NCBI GenBank assembly: GCA_963849385.1
Contig: CAWKHH010000007.1
Coordinates: 549,000 to 612,999, forward strand
Length of the DNA: 64,000 bases
DNA from: Ignavibacteriota bacterium
GTDB lineage: Bacteria; Bacteroidota; Ignavibacteria; UBA10030; UBA6906
Direction of reading: 5' to 3'
This document shows positions 1 to 9,396 of the stretch, piece after piece. The translations under genes and the position numbers were made by a program. The notes below the pieces were generated by a model. The model ran no database searches. It saw only the letters and a program-made list of their open reading frames with translations, and was not told the origin of the DNA. Numbering within the stretch: the first letter of the stretch is position 1; each line of letters begins with the position of its first letter.

Positions 1-1374
1 CTGGGGCCCGTTCTTCATGAACGGAAGATGGGGTTCTCGCGATCTCTGGCGGATATTGCCGCAACGCGAACGCCGGCGGTGGTCAATGAGTTTCTGTGGT
101 GGTGGTTGGATCGTGATGGGCATCCGGCGTTGTTGACCGATGAAGTGGTGGAGCGCTGGCTGGGAAGGGAATACTCGGCGGAAGATCTCATACGCCACCA
201 GTCATACGTGGCCACAGAACTTGTGGAGCTCTTCCGCCGTTTGAATGTCGCCGCCATCCAGCCGTTTGTGTATCTCAGCAACAATGCGGGGCCGACTGCC
301 CACTGGTTTTCCGGTCCCATCGCGGAGCTCAATCCCAAGCCGATCCTCGCCGCCTTGAAAAATGCATTTGCGCCTTTTGGCCTCAGCATAGAGCTGTGGG
401 ATCGGCACTTTTTCACGGGAGAACAACGGACAATTTCGCTGTATGTATTCAACGACTTCACATCCAGGCGCACGGGGAAGGTGACGTATGGCGTGCGCGA
501 CTTCAGGGGGGAGTGGGTGATCTCACAGGAGGTTGATGTTGCGGCGGAGGCATCCCGCGCCAGTGTTCTCCTGATGGAGATTTGTTTTCCGGTACGTCCC
601 GGGGATTTCACGGTGCGGGCGGAGCTTCGGGTGTCGGGGGAGCCCCACCCGGTGAGTGTGAGTGAAAAGCCCGCGTTTGTCTTTGAGCCGCTTGCCGAGA
701 CTACCGGCCGTGCGACCAGGGCTGTTCTTTCCCTCGACGGATCCCAGGAAATCAAAGTCTTTCTCAGTAAACACGGGATCCGGTGTCTGACCGAAGATGA
801 CAAGACGATGACGCGCCCGCGCGCCATTCTCGTGGCTGGGAATGCGCACCGTCGCAAGAATTATGTCAACCGGCTTTCCGTACTCTCGGGCTGGGTTCGG
901 GTGGGAGGGACGCTCATCGTGATCGAACCGGAATACGGAGTGAAAAAAGAGGTAACGCTCGGGATACTTGAGGGCCTGCCAATCCGTGTGGTCAGGCGCG
1001 CCGATACCGACAGGGGCGGGTATGATTCATATGTTTTCGCGGAAGATCAGCAACATCCCCTGTGGACGGGCATTCGCGGGGATCATCTGAAAATGCTCAA
1101 TGGTGGGTTCGGAGGCGAGATGGTCTCTCAGCACGATCTCTTCCCCGGCAATCCCGCGCACGTGCTGGCCCGGTCTGGCCTGAAACTCAACACGCCGGTT
1201 GTCATAGAGATACCGTACGGTGACGGCAGAGTGATCATCTCGCGCATTCAGGTGCGCGGCCGTTTGATGGGAAGTCCTGAAAGCGCGTCATTGTACGGAC
1301 GCAGGAAGGACCCTGTGGCACAACGTTTCCTGATGAACCTGCTCGGTTGGGCAAGCGGAGAAGACCGTCGATGA
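1..1374 (+). CDS. 5'-partial hypothetical protein, possibly the C-terminal part of a glycoside-hydrolase-associated protein. The reading frame is open to nt 1, so the gene starts upstream of the window.
   Basis: Frame open from position 1; the first Met in the window is at nt 28. It ends 4 nt into the next gene (ATGA overlap) ahead of a sugar ABC transporter. No family motif recognised with confidence. Confidence 0.45.
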   Translation: MGPVLHERKMGFSRSLADIAATRTPAVVNEFLWWWLDRDGHPALLTDEVVERWLGREYSAEDLIRHQSYVATELVELFRRLNVAAIQPFVYLSNNAGPTAHWFSGPIAELNPKPILAALKNAFAPFGLSIELWDRHFFTGEQRTISLYVFNDFTSRRTGKVTYGVRDFRGEWVISQEVDVAAEASRASVLLMEICFPVRPGDFTVRAELRVSGEPHPVSVSEKPAFVFEPLAETTGRATRAVLSLDGSQEIKVFLSKHGIRCLTEDDKTMTRPRAILVAGNAHRRKNYVNRLSVLSGWVRVGGTLIVIEPEYGVKKEVTLGILEGLPIRVVRRADTDRGGYDSYVFAEDQQHPLWTGIRGDHLKMLNGGFGGEMVSQHDLFPGNPAHVLARSGLKLNTPVVIEIPYGDGRVIISRIQVRGRLMGSPESASLYGRRKDPVAQRFLMNLLGWASGEDRR

Positions 1375-2657
1375 CCATGCGACGGATCTTGCTGGTGGCT
1401 CTTCTTTGTCTTTCCATTGCCGCCTCCATACTCATCACCGGGTGCGCGCGGACGCCGGAACATGGAGAAGAAATCCATTTCTGGGCCCTGGGTGCGGAAG
1501 GAGAGAACGTTCAACAACTGCTGCCGGAATTCGAGCGGCGCAACCCCGGGATTCACGTCCGGCTGCATGCCATTCCCTGGACTGCCGCACACGAGAAGCT
1601 GCTGACGGCATACGCCGGAAACTCGATGCCGGATGTGTTTCAGCTCGGCAACACGTGGATACCGGAGTTCCTGATTCTCCGCGCCATTGTGCCGCTTGAC
1701 ACGCTGGTTGCACAATCCGGAGTGGTACGAAGCGATGCGTACTTCTCCGGTATCTGGGAGACGAACACGCACGAAGGACACCTCTTCGGTATACCATGGT
1801 ATGTCGATACCCGTGTGCTTTTCTACAGGACCGATATTGTGGAGCGTGCGGGGTTCTCACGGCCTCCCCGCACATGGGCTGAATGGGATAGCCTGTGCCG
1901 CCGCATAGTGGAGAGCGGCGGACCCGAAGAGCACTTTGCCATGCTTCTCCCCACGACCGAGTGGGCACCTCCCGTTATTTTCGGGATGCAGGCCGGCTCT
2001 GGTTTGCTGAAGGATCAGGGCTGTTACGGTGATTTCTCCGGGGCGCAATTCCAGAAGGCGTTTACCTTCTACACTGATTTCTTCCGTCGCAAATACGCTC
2101 CGGTTGGTCAGACAAGAGTGAGCAATCTTTATCAGAGCTTCGCGGAGGGATACTTTGCGATGTATATCACCGGTCCGTGGAACATCGGTGAATTCCGACG
2201 TCGCATGCCGCCGGCGCTGCAGGACAAATGGATGACCGCACCGCTCCCGGGGCCGGAGGAGGGAACGCCCGGGGCTTCTCTGGCGGGTGGTTCCAGCCTG
2301 GCGATCGCATCCTCATCCCGCTCGAAAGACGCAGCATGGCGGCTGATAGAGTTTTTGTCTGAACCCGCCCAGCAGCTTGTGTTCTACCGCCTGACGGGTG
2401 ATCTCCCCGCGAGGAGAGAGGCGTGGGACGACACAACCTTCACCCATAATCCGTACGCCCGCGCATTCTATGCGCAGTTGAACACCGTGCTTGCACCGCC
2501 GAAGATTCCGCAGTGGGAACAAATCGCGATGAAGGTGCAGGACTACGCTGAGATTGCTTCGCGGGAGACCATGAGTCCTCGCGACGCGTTGCTTGCGCTC
2601 GATCGCGATGTCAACGTCATACTCGAAAAACGCCGCTGGATGATGCATGCACACTGA
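1371..2657 (+). CDS. Carbohydrate ABC transporter substrate-binding lipoprotein (family 1, MalE/UgpB-like)
   Basis: N-terminus MTMRRILLVALLCLSIAASILITGCA carries a lipobox; the overall sequence is typical of a sugar-binding protein. ATGA overlap with the upstream gene; two permeases follow. Confidence 0.85.
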   Translation: MTMRRILLVALLCLSIAASILITGCARTPEHGEEIHFWALGAEGENVQQLLPEFERRNPGIHVRLHAIPWTAAHEKLLTAYAGNSMPDVFQLGNTWIPEFLILRAIVPLDTLVAQSGVVRSDAYFSGIWETNTHEGHLFGIPWYVDTRVLFYRTDIVERAGFSRPPRTWAEWDSLCRRIVESGGPEEHFAMLLPTTEWAPPVIFGMQAGSGLLKDQGCYGDFSGAQFQKAFTFYTDFFRRKYAPVGQTRVSNLYQSFAEGYFAMYITGPWNIGEFRRRMPPALQDKWMTAPLPGPEEGTPGASLAGGSSLAIASSSRSKDAAWRLIEFLSEPAQQLVFYRLTGDLPARREAWDDTTFTHNPYARAFYAQLNTVLAPPKIPQWEQIAMKVQDYAEIASRETMSPRDALLALDRDVNVILEKRRWMMHAH

Positions 2658-3531
2658 TGCACACACCCGCGCGCTTCTGGTGTTCCTTGGTCCGGCACTC
2701 GCGGCGATCGGGCTCTTCTTCTTTGTTCCCGTTCTTGCGGCGTTCGTGATGAGTTTTACGGACTTCGATATTTATTCACTGGGTGATCTGCGCTATGCGC
2801 GGTTCGTCGGTGTGCGGAATTATCTTCAGCTGTTCGAAGATCCGCTGTTCTGGAAAGCGCTCTGGAATACCCTCTATTTTCTCGTCGTGGGGGGACCCCT
2901 CTCCATTGCGGTGTCGCTTGGTGCCGCGGTGCTGCTGCAATCGAAACTTGTGCGCTACCAGCCGTTCTTCCGGTTTGTCTACTTTGCGCCGGTCGTTACA
3001 ACACTTGTGGCCGTTGCCATTGTGTGGCGTTTCATCTATCATCCGCGGTTTGGTGTGTTGAATTTCTTCCTCTCGTTTCTTGGCGTCGACATGATCGATT
3101 GGTTGGGGGATCCACAGTGGGCGATGCCGGCGATCATCATTCTTGCGGTCTGGAAGAACTTCGGATACAATATGATTATCTTCATCGCCGGCTTGCAGAA
3201 CATTCCTGCATCGCTGTATGAAGCAGCGAGTATCGATGGGGCCGGGACATGGCAACGCTTCACAAAGATCACTCTGCCCATGCTGGCGCCGACAACGGTA
3301 TTCATCACCATTATCACGATGATCGGCTATTTCCAGCTGTTTGCGGAGCCGTACGTTATGACGCAGGGGGGGCCACTGAACAGTACGCTAAGTATTGTGC
3401 TCCTGATGTACCAGCAGGGCTTTCGCTGGTGGAATATGGGTTATTCCGCAGCCATTGCCTTTGTCCTGTTTGCCTGCATCCTCGTCGTTTCAATTCTCCA
3501 GACGCGATTGCAGGGGCGGGGAGGAGAATGA
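2647..3531 (+). CDS. Carbohydrate ABC transporter permease (MalF/UgpA-type)
   Basis: Six predicted TM segments and the EAA loop (LYEAASIDGAGTWQRFTKITLP). Confidence 0.9.
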   Translation: MHTDAHTRALLVFLGPALAAIGLFFFVPVLAAFVMSFTDFDIYSLGDLRYARFVGVRNYLQLFEDPLFWKALWNTLYFLVVGGPLSIAVSLGAAVLLQSKLVRYQPFFRFVYFAPVVTTLVAVAIVWRFIYHPRFGVLNFFLSFLGVDMIDWLGDPQWAMPAIIILAVWKNFGYNMIIFIAGLQNIPASLYEAASIDGAGTWQRFTKITLPMLAPTTVFITIITMIGYFQLFAEPYVMTQGGPLNSTLSIVLLMYQQGFRWWNMGYSAAIAFVLFACILVVSILQTRLQGRGGE

Positions 3532-4352
3532 GTGTGCGCACATTCCAGTCCATGGCGGTGATGGGATTTCTTCTGCTTGTTGCTGCAACGACTCTGGCGC
3601 CCTTACTCTGGATGGTGTCTGCATCGTTGATGCCGAGCGGGCAGGCGAGTACCTATCCGCCCCCGTTCATTCCGCGTGAAGTAACGCTCGACCAGTACGT
3701 TGGGCTGTTCACGCGGCTGGACCTCGGGAGGAATCTCCTCAACAGTATCCTGCTGTCGGCGGCGGTCACAGTGGTGTCGCTGGCGGTCAACTCGATGGCC
3801 GGATATGCCTTCGCAAAATACCGGTTCAAAGGGAAGCAACAGCTGTTCAAGCTGTTGATTGCATCTATGATTATTCCGGCTCAGGTGACCATGCTGCCGC
3901 TCTTTCTCATGCTGAACAAGATGGGAATGATTAATACCTACTTCGGCGTGATTATCCCCGGCATGGCCAGCATCTTCGGCATTTTCCTGATCCGGCAATA
4001 TGCGCTTTCCATATCGGACAGTCTGATCGAGGCGGCACGCATCGATGGTGCGGGAGATTTCCGGATCTACTGGTCGGTGATTCTGCCGCTCTGCAAGCCC
4101 ATTCTCATCACGCTGGCGATCTTCACGTTTATGGGAACCTGGAACGACTTTCTCTGGCCATTGATTGTTATGACCGATGCGTCGATGTACACATTGCCGG
4201 TGGCATTGGCCGGACTGGTGGGAGAGCACGTGCAGGATACCGAGTTGATGATGGCCGGTTCGGTGATGACCGTACTGCCGGTGCTGGTGATCTTCGCCGC
4301 GGTGCAGAAGTACTACATTGCCGGCATCATGGCCGGCAGCGTGAAAGAGTAG
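3528..4352 (+). CDS. Carbohydrate ABC transporter permease (MalG/UgpE-type)
   Basis: ATG at 3528 overlaps the stop of the upstream permease (ATGA). EAA loop LIEAARIDGAGDFRIYWSVILP. The longer ORF-track start at 3249 is an in-frame read-through artifact. Confidence 0.9.
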   Translation: MSVRTFQSMAVMGFLLLVAATTLAPLLWMVSASLMPSGQASTYPPPFIPREVTLDQYVGLFTRLDLGRNLLNSILLSAAVTVVSLAVNSMAGYAFAKYRFKGKQQLFKLLIASMIIPAQVTMLPLFLMLNKMGMINTYFGVIIPGMASIFGIFLIRQYALSISDSLIEAARIDGAGDFRIYWSVILPLCKPILITLAIFTFMGTWNDFLWPLIVMTDASMYTLPVALAGLVGEHVQDTELMMAGSVMTVLPVLVIFAAVQKYYIAGIMAGSVKE

Positions 4353-4355
4353 CTG

Positions 4356-5933
4356 TCAGCCGAAGATCTTGATCGAACTCCAGACCTTCTTCAAAGGCAT
4401 CCGCGACCCGCGGCAGAGATAGATGTTCAGGTTGTTCTCGTACGGCATGCAGTACATCGATTGCACAGTACCGACAATGTCGACACGCGAGAAGACCTCC
4501 TGTTTATCCCGCAGGTTCCCTCCGAGAATGAGCATCAACTCACCGGTGTACTCCCCGGGTCCCCATATCCAGTATGAATTGTGGCGACCGATGGACCGTG
4601 GCAAGCCGTAGTGGCTTCCGAAGAAGTCCAGAGCGCCGCAACGTCCATAGTTGTCAGCGAAGATCGCGCAGCGCGCCTGTTCGCCCGGTGTGAGCCGATA
4701 GAATGCCTGCGCCACCGCTGCAGCTTTTTCCGGCCACCCGAACATGTCGGCATAGAACTGGGGCAGCTGTTCGAGTTTTTGGCGTTCAGAGGTCGATGGG
4801 GCCATGCCAACCCCGCGGGCATATGCAATGTAGGTTTCCACGGGAAGGATCGGAATGGCAAAGGGGGCAAATGCCATCCCGCTTAGAGCCAGAAGTCCGG
4901 CGTACGCCGAAGCAATCCAACGCCGGCGGGGCAGAGAAAGAAATCGCTCCAGGGCGACTCCTCCGGCGGCAAAGAGCATGGGGTATGCCGGCGAAAGGTA
5001 CTCCGCTTTGCTGTGCCAGTTGATGACAAGAATCGTGAAGGCCACAAGGTAGGCGAACCCGAGTGTACGATACTGCCGGAGCGGTGGCCAGAACATCAGC
5101 CCGGCGATGCCCGCACCCCACAAAGGAAGGGCAAGCGGATTCTGCAACAGCATCTGACCTGTAATGAATGACAGCGGTGTCAGCCCGCTATATTTGCCCG
5201 AGGTCGCATTACGGATGAACTCCAGGTGCGCGAAGTCGTGGCTGAAGTTCCAGATCACAAATGGCAGGAAGCAGAGCGCAGCAATCCCCCCGGCCACATA
5301 CGGCCATCGCGTCAGATACCACCGTCGCGCGGGAGTGAAGATCATTCCCACAGCGATTCCGACTCCCAACCAGAGAATGCCGATCTTATTGAGCGCGCCG
5401 ACCCCGAGAGCCAGACCCAGGAGCAACCAGCAACGTGGTGACTCTGTTCTCAGGAGGCGGATCGTGGTGAAGGCGACAACTGACCATGCAAGAAGGTCGA
5501 GAGAGTTCATGGAATAGATGCCGGTCATCCCGATCACAATGGGCGCTGCTGCACTTCCCATGGCCGCGAGCATAGCCGCAGTCTTGCCGCCTCCCAGCTG
5601 ATTGGCCATCAACCCCGTCAGCAGAACCAGGAGTGCCCCGGTCAATGCCGGGATCAGACGGAGCGCAAACAGCGAATCGCCGAACGCCCATCTGCACACT
5701 GCGAGGACATAGATTGACAGCGGAGGCTGATCGACGTAGCCGATGTCGATATGCTCGGCGCAGGCGAGATAGTACAGCTCATCTCGAAAATACCCGTAGC
5801 CGGCGAACGCATTGGTGTAGAGGTGGATACCCAGGACAACGATAGCGATCAGGAAAGGTGCCGCTGCGCCGTCGTTCCAGGACCTACGAAGTGCAGAAGC
5901 AAGCGTCATGGGCTGCTCGGAGTAACGTGACAC
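4356..5933 (-). CDS. Glycosyltransferase family 39 (ArnT/PMT-like) integral membrane protein
   Basis: Multi-TM protein whose N-terminal region (YGYFRDELYYLACAEH...DQPPL) resembles the PMT/ArnT family. Confidence 0.75.
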   Translation of the reverse strand: MSRYSEQPMTLASALRRSWNDGAAAPFLIAIVVLGIHLYTNAFAGYGYFRDELYYLACAEHIDIGYVDQPPLSIYVLAVCRWAFGDSLFALRLIPALTGALLVLLTGLMANQLGGGKTAAMLAAMGSAAAPIVIGMTGIYSMNSLDLLAWSVVAFTTIRLLRTESPRCWLLLGLALGVGALNKIGILWLGVGIAVGMIFTPARRWYLTRWPYVAGGIAALCFLPFVIWNFSHDFAHLEFIRNATSGKYSGLTPLSFITGQMLLQNPLALPLWGAGIAGLMFWPPLRQYRTLGFAYLVAFTILVINWHSKAEYLSPAYPMLFAAGGVALERFLSLPRRRWIASAYAGLLALSGMAFAPFAIPILPVETYIAYARGVGMAPSTSERQKLEQLPQFYADMFGWPEKAAAVAQAFYRLTPGEQARCAIFADNYGRCGALDFFGSHYGLPRSIGRHNSYWIWGPGEYTGELMLILGGNLRDKQEVFSRVDIVGTVQSMYCMPYENNLNIYLCRGSRMPLKKVWSSIKIFG

Positions 5934-6040
5934 ATGGAAAGGGAGGAATTGTGCGGATGGGGTCTCCCGGGCCTATTCTATAGATACGGGGGGAAAGAGC
6001 CGATGGTTGCAGCGCGGGGAACTCCTGAATTCTGAATATA

Positions 6041-6126
6041 AGGGGGGTGACCAATACGTAGCTTGGTCATTGCGACACCCGGCGTTCTTTGTCGCGATGA
6101 CGGTTCCTGACTTTTTGGTCACCCCC
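6041..6126 (-). terminator. Nested inverted-repeat element downstream of trpB2, probably a terminator
   Basis: GGGGGTGACCAA...TTGGTCACCCCC outer 12-bp stem enclosing an inner GTCATCGCGACA/TGTCGCAATGAC stem, followed on the minus strand by TTATATT. Confidence 0.3.
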
Positions 6127-6134
6127 GTGCGGAG

Positions 6135-7499
6135 CTACTGTGCAAGTGCCGGCAGGTCCTTTATATCCGCCAGTGCCGCTTTGATGTCTTCGGGATGCAT
6201 TTCATGATCTTCAAGCCGCCCGGCGAAATAGGCGTCGTAGGCGCTCATGTCGAAGTGCCCGTGTCCGCTCAGGTTGAAGAGGATGATCTTCTTCTTCCCC
6301 TCTTTGCGGGCGAGGAGAGCCTCGTCGACCGCCGCCTTGATTGCATGTGCAGATTCGGGCGCAGGAATGATTCCTTCGTTTTGCGCGAAGAGCACGGCGG
6401 CTTTGAAGATATCGTTCTGCATGTATGCACGCGCTTCAATCAGGTTGCTCATGAGAAGCCGGCTCAGGATCGGCGCCATGCCGTGGTAGCGGAGCCCGCC
6501 CGCATGGATCGAGGGCGGGACGAAAGTGTGGCCGAGCGTGTACATCGGCAATAAGGGCGTCATTTTGGCGATGTCGCCAAAGTCGTACCGGTATTCGCCT
6601 CGCGTGAGCGTGGGGCACGATGCCGGTTCCACCGCTATCGCGCGCAGTTTCTTCCCCTTGATCTTTTCACGGACGAACGGCAGGGCGATGCCGCCGAAAT
6701 TCGATCCACCGCCGACACATCCGATCACCATGTCGGGAAAGCGGTCGACCTTTTCGAGTTGTTTCATTGCCTCGATACCGATTACGGTCTGGTGAAGAAG
6801 CACATGGTTCAGCACGCTGCCGAGCGAGTAGTTCGTATCCTCGCGGCCTGCTGCGTCTTCGACCGCTTCGCTGATGGCGATGCCAAGGCTGCCGGGGGAA
6901 TCGGGATGCTCGGCGAGCACGGCACGCCCTGCGGCGGTGTCGGTGCTCGGACTCGACACCACCTCACCACCCCAGAGATGTATCAACGAACGTCGATACG
7001 GTTTCTGATGATAGCTCACTTTCACCATATACACCTTGCACTCCAGACCGAACAATTTACATGCGAATGCAAGGGAGCTTCCCCATTGGCCGGCGCCGGT
7101 TTCAGTGGCAAGTCTCTTGATGCCCGCCTGTTTGTTATAGTATGCCTGGGGGATGGCGGTGTTGGGTTTGTGGCTTCCTGAAGGGCTGACGCCTTCGTAC
7201 TTATAGTAGAGCTCGGCGGGTGTATCCAGCACTTTTTCGAGAGCAAATGCGCGAACAAGGGGAGTGGGCCGGTAGATTCTGTAGATGCGTTGAACTTCTT
7301 CGGGGATTTCGATGTAGCGTTCCTGACTGACCTCCTGCTTGATCAGCTCCATGGGAAAAATGGCTGCAAGGTCCTGAGGGCCGACGGGTTGGCGTGTGCC
7401 GGGGTGGAGGGGAGGTGCCATCGGCTCGGGAAGGTCGGGCAGGATGTTGTAGTACGCTGTCGGCATTTCCCGTTCTTCGAGAAGTATCTTCTGTTGCAT
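6135..7499 (-). CDS. trpB: TrpB2-type tryptophan synthase beta chain (PLP-dependent, stand-alone)
   Basis: 454 aa with [13 protein letters not shown] (PLP-binding Lys region), the long TrpB2 N-terminus and the C-terminal [10 protein letters not shown]. No trpA is adjacent. Confidence 0.9.
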   Translation of the reverse strand: MQQKILLEEREMPTAYYNILPDLPEPMAPPLHPGTRQPVGPQDLAAIFPMELIKQEVSQERYIEIPEEVQRIYRIYRPTPLVRAFALEKVLDTPAELYYKYEGVSPSGSHKPNTAIPQAYYNKQAGIKRLATETGAGQWGSSLAFACKLFGLECKVYMVKVSYHQKPYRRSLIHLWGGEVVSSPSTDTAAGRAVLAEHPDSPGSLGIAISEAVEDAAGREDTNYSLGSVLNHVLLHQTVIGIEAMKQLEKVDRFPDMVIGCVGGGSNFGGIALPFVREKIKGKKLRAIAVEPASCPTLTRGEYRYDFGDIAKMTPLLPMYTLGHTFVPPSIHAGGLRYHGMAPILSRLLMSNLIEARAYMQNDIFKAAVLFAQNEGIIPAPESAHAIKAAVDEALLARKEGKKKIILFNLSGHGHFDMSAYDAYFAGRLEDHEMHPEDIKAALADIKDLPALAQ

Positions 7500-7588
7500 G
7501 GAAGTCTCTCCAGTGCGTTATGGTACATGATGATCTGAGGGGGTGGATGCCGCGTCCGGAGGTCGCGCCCTTTTTTACGGGAAGGCAT

Positions 7589-7623
7589 AAAAAAAGGTGG
7601 GAACTCCGCGTGGCGTTCCCACC
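7589..7623 (-). terminator. Attenuator terminator of the trp leader
   Basis: On the minus strand: GGTGGGAAC-gccacgcggag-GTTCCCACC followed by TTTTTTT. It lies about 25 nt after the leader stop codon and about 90 nt before the trpB2 ATG. Confidence 0.7.
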
Positions 7624-7646
7624 TTGTGACAATACGATCTATACGG

Positions 7647-7715
7647 TCAATAGGGCGGGGACACCGTCGGGCGCCACCACCACCAAGCCTGCTGCATATG
7701 AGGCGTTGCTTTCAT
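7647..7715 (-). CDS. trpL: Trp leader peptide MKATPHMQQAWWWWRPTVSPPY with four tandem Trp codons
   Basis: 22-codon ORF on the minus strand containing TGG TGG TGG TGG, with a purine-rich stretch before its ATG. A terminator hairpin follows, giving classic attenuator architecture upstream of trpB2. Confidence 0.65.
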   Translation of the reverse strand: MKATPHMQQAWWWWRPTVSPPY

Positions 7716-7732
7716 GACCGATCTCTTCTTGA

Positions 7733-7761
7733 ACAATACACATTCAAAACTATTTTGTCAA
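7733..7761 (-). promoter_or_regulatory. Sigma70-like promoter for the trp leader transcript
   Basis: Minus strand reads TTGACA-17 nt-TATTGT, ending about 17 nt upstream of the leader ATG. Confidence 0.5.
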
Positions 7762-7820
7762 GGGCCTGGTGAAGAATTCGTTACATCTCCGCCCGGTGAT
7801 CAACGAGTTGGGTCGCAGCC

Positions 7821-7849
7821 TTGCACATTCTGTACCAGTGCTCTATATT
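7821..7849 (+). promoter_or_regulatory. Sigma70-like promoter for the transglutaminase-like gene
   Basis: TTGCAC-17 nt-TATATT about 60 nt upstream of the ATG at 7911, which is preceded by GAGGAG. Confidence 0.45.
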
Positions 7850-7910
7850 GTGCATACCGGTTGCATCCGCCGCTCTTTTTCTCTTTCTGCTTCCCCGACG
7901 AGGAGATTAT

Positions 7911-9396
7911 ATGCGCGCCCATCGATCTGTTGCCGTCTGTCTTCTTATCACCCTGGCCCTGACCGTTCTCCTGCTCTCTTCCTGCGCCGCTCCGGGCGAG
8001 GAAAAGATCAACCGATTGGTTGCTGAAGGAAATTTCGCACAGGCTCAACGGGCAATCGAAGATCTTCTCGTGCGGGACACTTCCCTCACCGCATCCCAGC
8101 GGTTGCATTGGGAGTTTGAGATTGAACGGATGAACCGTATCAGACTCGACTTCCGCAAGACCGAACAGGATGTCAAGAACTTCGTCGCCAAACAGATGCC
8201 GTCGGTCACGCATGCAGACTACGAACGGTTTGAAGCGACACATGTCCTCGAGGCGATGACGATCGACGGGGAGAAGTTCTTTTTTAATAGTGCGGCGCGC
8301 AATCTTTTCAGAATCGATCCACAGTCACGCCAGGTGTGGAGAGACAGGCACAAGAGACGACGCGGAACCAACGGGACTGGCGAGCGAAGCCGGGCTCGAC
8401 CGGCATATCGCCCAGGTCATGGAAGCCGCGGTCAAGTCGGGGAAACCATACGTCAAGCCGGTTGTCCTGCATGTGACCCAAAGCATCACGGTGGGCGGTA
8501 ATGAGGTGCCTGAGGGAGAAGTGATCCGCTGTTGGCTTCCTTTCCCCCGCGAAATTGCGGGCCGCCAGGAGGCAATTCGCATTCTCTCCACCGACCCGCC
8601 GCGGTATCTTCTTGCGGACAACGGTGCATACCTGCAACGGACCATCTACTTCGAAAAACCTTCGGCAGGCAATGCGAAAACGAATTTCGTGGTTGAGTAT
8701 GAGTATACTTCCAACGGAGTGTACGTTCCCGTTGACCCGGCGCGGGTGAAGGTTCCCACCATCACGCCGGAGCTGGCCCCGTTCGTCCGGGAAGAAGCGC
8801 CGCACATTCTCTTTACGCCGGAGTTGAAGAGACTCTCGAGGGAGATCGTGGGAGAAGAGACAAATCCGTTGGTGATTGCGCGAAAGCTGTTCGCATGGGT
8901 GGATACGAATGTCACATGGGCAAGCGCGCGGGAGTATTCGACGGTGCCAAGCCTCAGCATGTATCCATACGAGAACCGGCACGGCGACTGCGGGATGCAA
9001 ACCCTGCTGTATATCACACTCTGCAGGCTAAACGGCATCCCGGCTCGCTGGCAGTCCGGATGGGAATTCCGGCCACCCGGCCAGAGCATGCACGACTGGG
9101 GGATGATCTACTTCGAACCGTACGGATGGGTGCCGATGGACGTCACATACGGCATGCGCGAAAGCCCGGATGACGCGATGAGATATTTCTACGTCAGCGG
9201 GATGGACAGCTACCGTCTGATATTCAACGATGCAATCGCGCAGCCGTTCTACCCGGCGAAGATCTTTCCGCGTTCAGAGACTGTGGATCTGCAGCGGGGT
9301 GAGGTTGAATGGAGGGGTGGAAATCTGTACTTCGACAAGTGGGAGTGGGATCTTGCGTGGAATGTGAAACATGCTGGCGGCCCCGGCTTACCCTGA
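7911..9396 (+). pseudogene. Transglutaminase-like cysteine protease family lipoprotein with an apparent +1 frameshift near 8340-8395
   Basis: Lipoprotein signal MRAHRSVAVCLLITLALTVLLLSSC. The core motif NRHGDCGMQTLLYITLCRLNGIPARWQSGWE lies in the second ORF (frame of 8290). Both ORFs look coding and are contiguous. Confidence 0.7.

Noticed and set aside
7560-7700. T-box riboswitch upstream of trpB2, suggested by GGTGGTGGTGGCGCC resembling the T-box core
   Set aside because: There is no specifier-loop or stem I architecture. The GGTGG run is in fact four in-frame TGG codons of a 22-codon leader ORF with its own promoter. A leader-peptide attenuator explains all elements.
7821-7910. ORF-track start MHILYQCS... 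for the transglutaminase-like gene
   Set aside because: It overlaps the predicted promoter. The ATG at 7911 has a GAGGAG RBS and starts a lipoprotein signal peptide.
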